A stretch of 56,739 nt of DNA, the filler included, from Sluysia triapertura (Eukaryota): the NCBI GenBank assembly GCA_046118255.1. It is 4 parts of 4 records of this genome, joined end to end, with 100 filler letters (N's around TTAATTAATTAA, not from the genome) between each part and the next. Parts side by side here need not be neighbours in the genome. Positions count along the whole stretch, not along the records: positions 1 to 19,507 come from JBJNIA010063195.1; positions 19,608 to 31,995 come from JBJNIA010114086.1; 2 more parts are not named here. One strand, given 5' to 3'. Position numbers and translations under genes: made by a program. The notes beneath the pieces were generated by a model, which saw only the letters and a program-made list of their open reading frames with translations, did no database searches and had not been told where the DNA came from. Below are positions 11,040 to 23,899 of this stretch, piece by piece (position 1 is the first letter of the stretch; every line of letters starts with the position of its first letter).

Positions 11040-13200
11040 GCATTATTAACGAATCAGCAACTTTATTTATGTTAAGATAAGTAATAGGTTAAATTATCAA
11101 TAAATTATGATCAGATTCTGTAATACCTGTAACAGTTCGCCACTTCTAAAGCGATGTTTATTTTCACACAAACTATTGCCACTTGAAATACACTTAGAAG
11201 TTGCTACATGCACTTCACAATCTTAGTTTATAATTAGTACAGTAATTAGTATATAATAACAATGAGCTTAAATCACTAAATTTCTTTATACAACACATCC
11301 ACTCAGTGATTCAATAACTTTGGTATAATTTAATATAAAGACATTTTCGAATAGCTTCTAATTAATGAAATATGTTTATTTGTATCTGTAGTGAACTCCA
11401 CATTTCACAACAAAATCACAAATGAACATTTCTTAGACAAACAAAACACTAAATAAATTACTCGATTCATTCAAAAAATAAACATAATCATCATATATAA
11501 TTATCATTAATTATGTTTATTCTTATCATAATTTCTATCACAATAATAATGTAACATTTTTGTAATTCTACCAACATTATTTCATTAAACTACATAATAA
11601 TTCTATTATAATTTTAATCTCACAATTGTTATCATTATAATTTTATTATCATCACTTTTTCACATTCTTCTTGTTTGCATGCGTGTGTATATGTAAATAT
11701 ATCTATGTATGTATAAATGTGTATTTATTTTCTGTATGTATACTTATTTATTTCTGTATGCCTGTATGCATCATAACTTCTACGTCAACCCAGCAAATTA
11801 ATATTACTAGCATAATTATCAATCCAATTAAATGGTCAATAATGATCAGAATCTTCGTCAAATACCAGTTAATTCATATTCAATAATGATGGCGACATTG
11901 AATGTGACGTTTCAATTGGAAAAGTTATGAAATTATGCTCTAAAATATTTTGATTTTTAAATTTATTTAAAGAACTTTCGTGAATTATTTATATTTTTCT
12001 AAACATGAAACACTCTTTGACTTTTACAAATATTGCTACCACATTAGAATAACCAGATGATATTTCTGAAGCATAAAGTTTTAAATCGTTAATATGAAAA
12101 ACGCAGAAGAAATATGTTTTGCAAAATTATGATTCAAAATGATTCAAATAATGTAACCTTTGAATACATTATAATTGGTGGAACTATAGTTGACGTAAAT
12201 TGTAGAATAAATTCTGAAGTTAATTTGAATAATCCCAAACTAGAAGGTATTTATAATTGTAGTATGAAAAGGACTTGTGGTTGTTTTGCTAGAAATACAA
12301 CTGATTTTTAAAAAAATTAGCAGTACAAACTTTAGCTTGTTTAGCTACTAATGCGAAATTTGAAGAAATTACACCATCGTCTTCTAATGAAATAAGTAAA
12401 TCAGTATATACTAAGACAAAACATGCAAGGTCATCTTTAGAAGAACCACTATTTCAACTTAATACGAAAAGAGCTCGTTTAAACTTAAACGAGAATGCTG
12501 CTCAGTCAAATCTAGACAATTTTTCTCATATTGCTACTGCTTCTTTAGATGATTTCGATTTATCTATTCAAAATTATCAAGTTATGTTAATAAAAGTAAT
12601 GGAAATACTCGTGTTTCTTCGTTTACGGTCTCACGATTACTTAATAACATAAATTCAAATGCTACACATTGCAAAATAAGTGGTGATACGATTATACCTA
12701 ATAGGTCTAATATACCTTATATATAGGTTTAATATAGGTCTAGTACCTAATGTACCTAATATACCTAAAAGAAGGTGTCAGTCAGATAATTCACAGAATA
12801 CTAAATTTGTTCTAAGTAGAATAAATGAAAAATATAATAATGTATTTTATATTCCCAAGCAGTCAATTTTTTAAGATTTCAACATAAAGAATGATCCATC
12901 AGACGTACCAAGAAATACAATAGATTTTTCCAGTATAAGTCGGTCTATGTCTTTTAGTTGGCTAAAAATAACGAACTAAAGGATAATTCAAAAAATTGTA
13001 CATGGAAGTTGGATAGTTGTAATCAAACTAATATATTTTCATTTAATTATTGTCCAAATTGTGAATGTGGAAACTTTTTAAAAAAGAAGTCGTCAAATAA
13101 AAGGATGCGAAGCTTTGAACAATATTACTAATTCAAATTGTCAGTGCTGCTTTTTCAAATCTAATAAAACACTATCTTATTCCGTAGTGTAATTAAAATA
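11040..13200 (-). mobile_element. Cassette copy C (second tail subfamily, inverted) with frameshifted cargo on + strand at about 12005-12652
   Basis: 11330-11790 is the reverse complement homologue of 24500-25060 (e.g. CATTCAAAAAATAAACATAATCATCAT vs ATGATAATTATGTTTTTTGAATG). ORF 12114-12311 and a long open frame about 12311-12652 point away from the tail. Confidence 0.55.
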
Positions 13201-13203
13201 TAT

Positions 13204-14244
13204 TGTTGGGATTGTCCAGTTAGTGCAAGAAAGTAGATAAAATGGCAAAAGAATTTATAATATATATAATGAAAAATGATATAAAATATCTGAAATACGT
13301 TAATATAAACATAATTAAATATTCCTAGAGCAAAATAATGAACAAAACATGTTTATAATCATTTTGAAACCGAAGAACACCTTGGAGTTCCAAAGACCTT
13401 TGTAAGGTATTGAGACCATTATGAAGATTTCAATAAGGTTTGGAAAGATGTCTTGAAGTATGAAGATACCTTTGAACTTCTGAACCTTGGAATCACTTAG
13501 ACCTTGATGATATTTTGGAACATTTGAAGACTTTTGAGGCATTAATAAACTTTTGAAACCTTCAAGTAGCTTTGTAAAATCTTTGGAATCTTTAAAATGT
13601 GCAAGAATTAAAATCATGGTTATTAATATTAAAGATAAATTTGAGACATTAATAATTAAATAAAAAATTTAAAAAAGGAATCAGAGTGGTGAAGGTGAAA
13701 ACATATTATATAACAACTTTTTAACTATAACAAAACCTTTAAACTTAGAATAAAATAAGTTAAAATAATTATTTAATTAATTAAAATCTTAATTAATTTA
13801 AGAAAAATTACGTTTGTGTGAATAACTTTTGAATGAGGGGTGCTATGATAAAATTGTAGCTGTACTTGTATGTGTATTAAAGAGATCTTCCAATGAAGAT
13901 AAGGTCTGACCGAGTTCATGCAAAGAAAGCCTCCATATTGAACAAAGTCGAATTTTAATTAATTTTTAATTTAAAATGCAAAAATTTTTCATTTTTAGAA
14001 TGATAAAAAAATGATGAGTTGGGTATGGAGTGGTTGCTATCAAGTTGGAGAATCCGAAAATTGTTGTTTGGGGATGAGAACCTTAAACATTGAGTGTGAG
14101 GAATTGACATTGTCTGGTAACTGGTTGTATATTTTTGAGACATAAACGGTATATAACTTATTATCACTGTGGATTATGTATAGATTATTATTATATCTCA
14201 ATGAAATATTCATCCTGGCTTCCAAATATTATTATTTATAATAC
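13204..14244 (+). mobile_element. Solo LTR, family L1
   Basis: Begins TGTTGGGATTGTCCA and ends ...TATAATACA. Collinear with 27067-28292 (GGAATCAGAGxGGTGAAGGTGAAAACAT; TGACCGAGTTCATGCAA). Confidence 0.75.
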
Positions 14245-14637
14245 ATATTCAGGGCTTTTTTAATGCAAATATTTGTAGATTATTGTCATGATTTTGAATT
14301 CTCCTCTTGCCTTTTATTAGGCGCTAGAGTGTTAATATAGGATTATAATTCAACGAATAAAATGAATTCGAAGGAATACAGGAATCAGCTCTTAAATTGG
14401 CAAGCGATAACTGTCCTTATCATGCATCCAATGAAAATAAAGAACATTTCTTATCATCTATGATAATCAGTGACGGAAAATGTTTTCAGATGCTTTGTAT
14501 ACAAGTGCACATACGGAAAGTATCAGGATCTTCGAAGCCATCTTTACAAGCTAAAAGATACATCGAAAAAGTAATGTTAGACTTCATAAAATGGACTTCT
14601 CGCTTCACACATGTGCAGTTCGATGCTCTGACCACTG

Positions 14638-14690
14638 TTTTATTATAGTCAATTATTCTAAATGGGCACTTTAGGCCTGTTTCCCAACAC
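14638..14690 (-). mobile_element. SINE 3' fragment
   Basis: Matches 6327-6390 (TTATTATAGTCAATTA...TAGGCCTGT..CCCAACA). Confidence 0.7.
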
Positions 14691-14892
14691 AAGATATAGG
14701 TTTCAAAATTTCAAATTCATATTGTCGGCTTATTTAACTGGATGTCTAAGCCCTACACAGTTCGACCAATTAAAATGGCAAATAAATAGTAAAAATGATT
14801 TATTAAAAAATTCCTAAATGCAGCATCATCAATCGAATGGCAATTCAATTTCATCAGCGGCCTCTTTCATTCTATCTGCTTTTTGATGCTTA

Positions 14893-14939
<47 letters not shown>

Positions 14940-15365
14940 TTTATTACTATTATTGATAATATAGTTTTTTACCGAATAATTCAATTACAGAACTTTTCGA
15001 TGAGTTTTATCATTATTAAAAATTACAAACGATTTTAATAAGAAAATAAATGGAGAATGTAATAAAAGTAAAATATACGCAGAATAATTAACTATATTCA
15101 ATTTTATTTATTCAGTCTGATAATCATATGGGCTTATTTTCGAGGTGGAATTAGTTAGTGGGCTCTCATGTCCGAGTACGTTTTTTGTATTTTGAAAAAA
15201 TAATAAATTCCAGGATGATTTATTTATATTTTGTTATAAATTTTGTAAACCAATTTGATATTATATGCGCATAGTATGAAATAATTGCAAAATAATTATT
15301 AAATAAATGTCTTGTGTTTAAAATATCTTATATTCTAGAAATAATACAAAATTTTTAGATTCATA

Positions 15366-15800
15366 ATGGCGAGACGAAGTTATACTGTAAAAGACAAACG
15401 AGAAATTAATCAAAAATTAAGAGAAAACAACGGAAATATCTCAAAAACGGCTCGGGAATGGAGAAGTAATGAAAATATGCTTTTAAAAGTCAACCACAAA
15501 AAATTGGAAGAGCACAATTCTATGAGTTAGAAGAAAGATAAGTTTATAAGCGAATAATTTGTTTAAATAGACTAAGATCGAAAGCTTTGGAGTTACAAAT
15601 AGTAGCAAAAGTAAACAAACGTTTGATTTTAAAAATTATAAACAATTTATCATCGAGACAGATCAAAAGCATTGGTCAAGAGGATAACAAATCCACAGAA
15701 AGCAAAAGGCAAGAATCATCAGAAATTCTGAAAGAAAAGCTAAGATTGGTTCTAGACATGCCACCCGTGTCAGAACCCAGCGAAGAAAAATATAATAAAT
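15366..15800 (+). mobile_element. pogo-like transposase N-terminal HTH remnant
   Basis: MARRSYTVKDKREINQKLRENNGNISKTAREW resembles the Brinker/pogo-type DNA-binding domain. The frame is disrupted downstream. Confidence 0.6.
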
Positions 15801-15959
15801 AAAATGTGTCGTTACATTTGGAATTTTTAAATTTTCCAAAATTTCACTTGTTTGTGCTTTTTTAGGTGGGTCTATATTTTCAAAGTGTAATCGCACAGTA
15901 AACTTTGAGTATGGTTTGATTCGGTGACATGACAAAATTGTCACATGGTGATATGTTTA

Positions 15960-16630
15960 TTTGTAGGTGATGTCTTGTTAAAGGCATAATTTAATTAATT
16001 TCTCTTATACTTGGCACATAATGTGTTGAAAATACATTAAGTAAAATGTATAGCACAAATTATCATTTCCTTCAGATACGCACACACATCTGAAATGTGT
16101 CATGAGAAGTATTCATTTTTAGATTCTTTTTTTTCATAGCAATCATTTCATATTCAATTCATTGTCATTTCATCATTCCAAATTTAAAAAATTTTAGCAT
16201 TTTAAAATGTAAGTTTGTTCAATATTTGGACAAAAGATCGACTTTAAGGTTACAAAGTTTGATTTCTTTTTCTACTTATTATTGTCATTGATTTCATTTC
16301 ACGAATATTTTAAAAATTTCAAATACTTTACAAAGTTATTCAAAGGTCTTAAACGCTTTTCAAGCTTTCAAAGATTCCTAAATGTTGAAAAGAAATTAAA
16401 CGATCTCAAGGTTCGCAAATTCAAAGGTATTTTATGTTTCAAAACGTTTTCAAACCATTCTGAAGTTTTTTTGCAAGGGTCGCAACACCTTACAAAAGTT
16501 TTTGGATCTCCAAGGTATTCCCCAATTCTCATAATGGCTAGAGTGTTTTCATCTTCATATTTTATTATCTTTTCTTTCAACTTAATATCTTCTTCACTTA
16601 CTACTTGTTCAACTCAATACAAAGACAACG
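15960..16630 (-). mobile_element. Solo LTR family L1, internally deleted inverted copy
   Basis: 16135-16230 is the reverse complement homologue of 27760-27860; 16300-16520 is homologous to 13375-13600. Confidence 0.7.
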
Positions 16631-16779
16631 TATCGAAAATAATTTAATTATGTATAAATATTATTGTGGTTTTATTGAGAATTATTAATAACTCATTACA
16701 TGATCTAAAATTTACTTTGTCACTGTTCATCAGAAATATAACGATACGTTACGAAGAAAAACATGCATCCAGTGAAACA

Positions 16780-17010
16780 CTTTAATCAAAATTGATTGAA
16801 AAAGCAGTTTCTGAATAATTGTTAGAGCCCATCAATCATCCATCAAAATTATATTTTTAATAATTTTAGTCAAAGTACAGACACTTTTTGATGGTAGTGT
16901 TAGATGTGCTTAGAGCTTTTGATGCGACAAATCATGATCTATGACTTATGATTTCTGAAGAAGGTATCTCTCTTTTAATGAGATATTTAAAAGAAAGAAC
17001 GCATTATCAA
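16780..17010 (+). mobile_element. LINE (CR1/L2-like) reverse transcriptase remnant
   Basis: Fragments SKLIEKAVSE and MVVLDVLRAFDATNHDL match the LDLSxAFDTVDH motif of non-LTR RT. Confidence 0.6.
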
Positions 17011-17362
17011 TAATTGTTTAAGTAAAAATGAGATCTCAATGACATTGTATCGTTAAGAATTAAAAATCACGATGGTAATCTATAAATTATTGTTACGGAA
17101 GTAAGATGTAACAATTTATACAGAATGCACAATAATAATAATAATGTGTTACATTATAAACCTTAGAAGCGTCCCCATTATAAATCTCCACGACCTTCCC
17201 TATACCCTTTGTTCCACCACTGCTTATGTTTCAAAAATAGACAACCACCTATTAGAAAAAGTCAAAACTAGAAGATTAGGAAATATCTAAGACAAAGTTA
17301 AATTTATTCCAGAAATATGAAATATTGTGATATTTAAGCAGTACTAATTATTATTTACTTTG

Positions 17363-17418
<56 letters not shown>

Positions 17419-17439
17419 TGGCACAACGATACTATTAAT

Positions 17440-19310
17440 AAAAATAATAGTAGTATCTGATTAAATTCATTTCTTAAAACAGATGATGACTTCTGTTAGC
17501 GCATAAGAATACTTATTTATTATTCATACACAGACTAAAAATCATATTTTATAACATCTCATATTTTACTTTTCAAACTCATTCGAGTTTTTAATATTTT
17601 AAAAACAGAATTTAAATTCACAATTTCGCAACATTAAAATCAGAGTCAGCGTCTTAAATTATCAAATGTACATTTTAAAGCTAATTCAAAACATTTCAAT
17701 TTTACAATTCTTCAATATTCATATCAGTAATACCATTGAAAAACACTAAATTCAAATCTTAAAATCAATTATAATATTACAACCAAAATGGAATTTCTGC
17801 TACATCTTTAAGTACACCTTCATTCATCATTCCTTTTTCTATCCTTTTAACTGCGTTGTTATGTTTTAGTCATTACTGCATAAACTTTTACAACAATTTT
17901 ATTTAAATATTTTAAAGAAAGAAAGAAAAGAATTAAAGAGTTTTGTTTATGTATTTATTGTATAAAATTTAATTATCATTATTATTATTATCATTTTATT
18001 TCAATTATTATCACCACTTTTAATTAAAATCCCAATTTATAATATAGCAACTGCCACATTAGACTGAGTAGATGTATCTACACTACTGACAGTCACTATT
18101 AATAGTTCATTACCAACCAACCAATAGGAAGGTCTCATTATAAAGTTGATTAAGCATTTGCTGAAAACAATTAAAAAATAAGATAGTCAGTAAAATAAAA
18201 ATTGTACACTCACAATTGAACAAAAAATTAAAAGTCAACAACTTTTAAAGTAAAAATTATGTAGAATAATTTTTAGCGAGAAAAGATCAATAATTTTATC
18301 AGAATTACTCAAATAAAATTTGATAGTACATCCAACGTTTCTCATAAATTAAATTAACAAAAGGTTGAGTAAAAAATTGTTCTCGATATAATAGTAGTTC
18401 GATCGAGTTTGTCCACGCGTTAATTTCAAGAGTTATATCATATATCACAAGATCGATCATTCATATTAAGTTATTCTAACATTTTCTTTGAAGTTTCTCG
18501 AGATGATCTTAAACATTATAAAGAACCTAATTGTTAATAAAATAAAGAGGAAAGTTATTCAAATGGAGTTTTATCATTTAAACAACTTAAAGATTACTTT
18601 TAGTTTTAATAATGTAAAGATTAGATCTAAATTATGCAGTATTTCAATATCTCGGAATCAAGGAGATTCAAAAAAGGTTACCGAATTTATCAAAGTATGT
18701 CAAATATGGAATCCATAAGTTACAATGTGATTTATCAGTCATCTCGAGAATTTAATCAAGTCAATATAATCGAGTCTATTATGAAGCTTATTCGTCAACA
18801 AATTCATCTTAACATGCCACATGTACTTTATAGAGAGTTTATGCAATCATGGGACGATATGATGGATAAAATTGAAGTCAAATACAGGCAAAATGCTGAT
18901 TTGACCAATTGTAGAAACGATAAAGTCAAATGTGGAATTATTAACTCACGTAGAACCTTGCTTACACACAAGCACACCGCGCAGTGTCCATATTAAGCAG
19001 ATAAATTCGGGATATGTCGTAAATGTGGTGCATCTCTCTACTTTCACAATGTTTCACAAATAAACTATGTTGGCATCAAAAAAGGCATTCTATCAACACG
19101 TCGAAAGTCTAAGCAAATTATTTGTTTGTACAATCAATGATATCAATCACAACCTTCAGACCAACAAATATCAAGGTCAAGCCCTTATCAATATTGGAGA
19201 CAATCACGATGCCGATAATGTAGAATTTGAAGTAATTTACATTTCTTTGTTAAACAAACATGTGATCTTTATTTTCTTTTATTGATACGAGATCCACTGA
19301 CAAGGAAGTC
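17440..19310 (-). mobile_element. Cassette copy G (inverted) with fragmented cargo ORFs on + strand 18488-19285
   Basis: A/C-rich tail (reverse complement similar to the A/H tails), (TTA)n at about 17973-18012, hairpin 18062-18094, CCAAT at 18121, then ORFs. Confidence 0.6.
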
Positions 19311-19314
19311 CATA

Positions 19315-19507
19315 TGTTGCGTCTTTAAAATTTTATTAATTATTGCTACTCAATATTATTATCTTGATTAGCTTAAAAGAATCTTAATAATTTCAATAGT
19401 CAGTATATCAAGTATAATTTAATCTACTCAATCTATTTTTACTTAAATTACTTCTCACATTAAAATAACAATCAACAATACTGTTAATATACATAAAAAT
19501 AATGAAT
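19315..19507 (+). mobile_element. 5' terminus of an H-type element, cut by the contig end
   Basis: Homology to 29586 onward starts sharply at TGTTGCGTCTTT. Confidence 0.7.
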
Positions 19508-19607
19508 NNNNNNNNNNNNNNNNNNNNNNNNNNNNNNNNNNNNNNNNNNNNTTAATTAATTAANNNNNNNNNNNNNNNNNNNNNNNNNNNNNNNNNNNNN
19601 NNNNNNN
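19508..19607. other. Artificial contig linker N44-TTAATTAATTAA-N44
   Basis: Exactly 100 bp with a six-frame stop palindrome; repeated identically three times. Confidence 0.97.
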
Positions 19608-19769
19608 TTCTTTAGCTGTTAAGATCATTATAAATGTTTTCTTTTTCATGATTCTTATTTCAACAATGTTTATAATGTTCAATCATCGCTTAGTATCAAT
19701 TCTTCCTTGATTTTGTAGTTCTATATGTTTCTTGCTCATCTCGTGATCTACAGTTGGGCAATCCCAACA
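19608..19769 (-). mobile_element. LTR family L1 5' end, cut by the contig start
   Basis: Reverse complement begins TGTTGGGATTGCCCAACTGT and aligns to 27067-27212. Confidence 0.8.
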
Positions 19770-20718
19770 AAAGTATAAAAAGTGAAAATTCACAATTTCA
19801 CACAAGATAGGCGAAAGTTTAACATGGATACAAACACATTATAATTTATATTTGGTTACACTTTTTGGCGCATCACAGTTGGATAAATTCTCAATCAAAT
19901 AATTTGTTACTCAAATTATTTGTTAATAAAGCCAGCAAAGCAATCTAAAATTAAGTTCGAACAATCATGTAAATAAAAACACTTGCACTTGATCATGTTG
20001 CAGTATTCTTCTTCATGTCTCAGCACGTTCCTTTTTTGTAAATTTCCTTTTTCAAATAAAATGATTTTATAATATTTCACACTTACAAGTGCACTTTGAA
20101 AATATCATATCTTTGAATAATAACAATAATGATTAAGAAATTGTAGTAAAAAATAATAAAACTCATTTTTTTTCATGATTTAGATTTTACACTTAATATG
20201 TTTTTTGCATTTTTAAATTTAAAATATTAAATTTTACATTTACTAAATTATTATAAATTACAAATTACAAAGAAATAATTTCGAACCATAAATTAAGAAA
20301 TGAACAATTTAGATTATTCACAAAGTAAGAATACATTAAATTTGTATCATTAACGTTTCAAGGGTGCACTAAATTAACATTTTTAATTAGTATATATGCT
20401 TATTCTAGATTATCAATGAAAATATCTAATTTAAAGTTAACATTTTTGTTTTATATTGATATTGAGTACTAGAAAAATTTAATTGTTTTTATTATGTACA
20501 CTTTAACTACTTTCAATAAATAATATTTTAATCTATATAGTAATTTAGCTTACAGTTTATCATTTTAAATAAATTTCATTTTAAAATTAGCATTTTAAAT
20601 AAATTTCATTTTAATAGTATCATTATAAATAAATTTCATTTTAAAATTATTTTAAATTTCTAGTTTTATTTTGTAATTTTATCAATTTGTTTTATCATCT
20701 AATAATAGTTTTCTTATT

Positions 20719-21734
20719 ATGGAAACCGATGATTCTGAAGTACCTGATGTTGAAGGAATTACAAGTGTTAATTATAATGTTACAATTCACCCTATCGTTA
20801 TTATGAGTGTTTCGGATCATTGCATGAAATTTAAATCAGAAAATTCTCAACTAAAAGTGGTAGGAGCTCTTATGGGTACTTATAAAAGTGCTGACATTGA
20901 AGTAATAATATTAATTAATTTAAAGTTGTAAGATTTTGAAAGTTATAGAACTTTTGTATGAGAACAATAAGTTAAATGAAGAATATCTTAATCAAAGGTT
21001 AGATCAAGTTAAGACTGTTGAACCTGATTTGGAATTCATTGGTTGTTACTCAATTGGTGCTAAGTATGATGAAAGTGATATGGCGATTTTTGAGGTGATT
21101 GTTCTTTAAAATGCTATTAATTCATACAGGTTCAAAGAAGATCTGAATGCATACTTTTATTAAAATTTGATATAGAAAAAATAAGCGGAAATGAGCACTT
21201 ACCAATAAAATTATACGAAGCTGCAAATGATTCTACTGGACACTGTATATTCAAACCAATTAATTACATATTTCATTCTGAAGAAGCTGAGGCTATTGGA
21301 ATAAAGCATATATCTGTGAATAAGCTGACTATTAGCAAAAATGTTGCTGTATCTATGGTAATATTTTGTTGTATAATTTATTTCACTAGATACAAGACCA
21401 TCTTCAACCACATCAACAAGCAATAATAATGCTACAAAATCGTATTGATTATTTAGTAAAATACTTAGAAGCAGTTGAAAACAATGAACTTCCAATTGAT
21501 TATTCAATTTTAAAGGAACTAAATACAATAGTCTCATCGCTACCAATGAGGTGTAATTCTGAATTTCAAAATCAAATTTGCAAAGATACTAATGAAATTT
21601 GTTTAACTAGCTTACTTTCATCTATGGCTCAATCGTTGTACGTAATGCAGAGCTTATTAACAAAACAAACTTATATTGAACGTGATATAATGAAAAAAAC
21701 CCCCAATTTACGATATGATAGTATTTATAATTAA
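20719..21734 (+). CDS. COPS6: COP9 signalosome subunit 6 (MPN- domain); exons 20719-20901, 20933-21094, 21130-21357, 21390-21734; 305 aa
   Basis: Motifs VTIHPIVIMSVSDH, VVGALMG, LEFIGCYS, SEEAEAIGIKHI, DHLQPHQQAIIMLQNRI. Three GT-AG introns of 31, 35 and 32 bp splice to one open frame of 918 nt. Confidence 0.92.
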
Positions 21735-22919
21735 AGTTATGCATTTTAAGTTTATATCTACTTAATTGTTTATCAACACATGATGTCATACTTTCTATTA
21801 TTTTCGTATTTAATTTGTTTCGTTTTGTAAGTTCAATTTTAATACTAAAATGAGTAGATTTATTTTCTGAAACAAAGTAATTGGAAAAACGTACATATCA
21901 GATTTTAAAGACAATTTAGCACTTTCGAACTTCAAAAGAAGGTAAATTATAAATTAATCATGCTAGATTACGTAAAATGACGAAGTGCTTATTAGTGAGA
22001 TTACAGTCAGTACTAGGTTGACTTAATGGTGGACCTGCATTTAATCCGTTTAATGTGGGATGAAATCCGTATTAAAAATCTGAAATTAAGAGTATAATAT
22101 TAATCTACAGGCTTAATCTTCACACAAAATTAAAAGTAAATGTTATATGTTAAGCAATGGTGATATTTATATAACTATTGTAAACCAAAAACAATAGTTA
22201 ACAGAAACAAAAGATGTTCTATTCGATTTTGATAAGTTATGTTTAATTTTATTTATTTTTGAATATGTACTAAAAAATTTAAGAATTTAATTAACAAAAA
22301 GCTATCGAACTTTAATTTAAAAATAATTAGTGAAATACAAAGTTTTTTTATCAATGAACTAGGCTTAACGCCTTTACAAAGTAACGAGTTTAATAAAATG
22401 ACAAAATTTGAGAATTTATTTATAGAAAAAAATATATAGCAGTACTCACGTCACTATAAGCATAGAATCTAGAGAATGGAGTTACTAGTGATACGAATAT
22501 CGACAGTACAATACTGTTTCAAAAACGAATAATAAATGACATGAGTAATGGGCAATAGTGTTTTTTAGTCTATCAAAATTAAGATCATGAAACCAATTAA
22601 ACAAAAACTAAACGAAATTGAACAATGATTAGTAACAAAATACTGCAGTAAATCTTTTTTAGTCAATAAAATTCGAAAATGACTAATGAGACTTTCTCCG
22701 AACAAGAAATAATTTGATATGAACAAAACAAGGCAAAGAACGAAATAACTTCAAACCATGGTAACGATAAATATTATAACCGATTTTGTGGAAAACCTTT
22801 ACTTGAATTAACATTACTATTATAATTGAAACTATCGATCCATGTGTAGCAGCAGTTCGTGCAGCTTCAATATTGATTGGTAGCTTTTGGTTGTCTAGAT
22901 TGTGAAGTTTCAAACTTAA

Positions 22920-23310
22920 ATGGAAACTCTTGTTAACATCTACTCAATTCCTTTTAATACTAATGCTACATTTCCTGTAAACGAATTCCATTCTAACAAG
23001 GCTTGAATGTTCATTTTTCCAAATTCATTTCTATAATCGAAATTTTTCTCTATAGTAGCATCACTTGTAGACTTACAAACAACCATTGGTGCTATCAGTG
23101 GATATAAATCTTCCAAATATATTTGTAATTCTAAATTCACAGTTTTATTAGAATTATTGATGGCTAATTTAATTGTTATTTTGATTACTTTATTTTTAGA
23201 TTTGATAAAATCACAGTGATCCATTGATAAATCAGTGATGTTTTAAATATTTGCCAATTTAATTATTTCATCTTTAATTTTTTCTCTATTTGGATAATTG
23301 GTAAAATTAA
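22920..23310 (-). pseudogene. TSG101/Vps23-type UEV domain, intronless, with internal stops
   Basis: NYPNREKIKDEII...VIKITIKLAINNSNKTVNLELQIYLEDLYPLIAPMVVCKSTSDATI...GKMNIQALLEW aligns almost without gaps to the TSG101 UEV as recalled ([31 protein letters not shown]...GKIYLPYLHEW). Confidence 0.75.
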
Positions 23311-23899
23311 GTTAATCAAACATTTGTTAAGTAGCATTATTTCATAGCTTTATTGATTTTTTTAATTTTAATTTATACTTTTTATTTTATTTTACAAGAA
23401 ATTATTGGATAACAAGGAGAGCAGATAAAGTACTGATTTAATAGTTTGTACATATTTGATTTCTAGTAAATTGTGTTATCTCATTCTACATAAATAGAAT
23501 TTCTGTATGTTTTTGGATCTCAGTATTTTTATCTATTATTTTACTTTCACTAGAATTTTGGTGAAAGTAGTTATTTTCTAACACGATAATATTCCGTGAC
23601 AACTGTCGGCAAATGGTATGTATTAAAAAACTTTAATAATCATGTTTGTATGCTATTACTCAGTGTCAATGATTTTATTGGCGCATCATTTGCTTCTTTT
23701 TTGATACATTCTTTTAAAATTTGAGATATTTCTGATTAAGCATTAGTGTTTCTTGATTATTGTCGATAAGTGATTTTGAGCTTTCTTTCAATAAGGGACT
23801 AGTTTTTTCTATTTATAACAAAACCATTCGTATTTATTATATTAGCTCAGTATAAATTACAAGTATTATATTTCTGATTGTTTACTCTATTTCTATTTG

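Noticed and set aside
14397-14648. mariner transposase remnant (ENKEHFLSSMIISDGK...KVML)
   Set aside because: Similarity is short and too degenerate to list as a supported feature.
19508-19607. TTAATTAATTAA palindrome within N runs (also 31996, 43043)
   Set aside because: Identical 100-bp artificial linker with stops in six frames; not biological.
21211-21546. Antisense ORFs over CSN6, PDE (33111-33428), cargo E (34900-35118), env (50668-50889) and gag (54482-54700)
   Set aside because: Shadow frames of coding sequence on the opposite strand.
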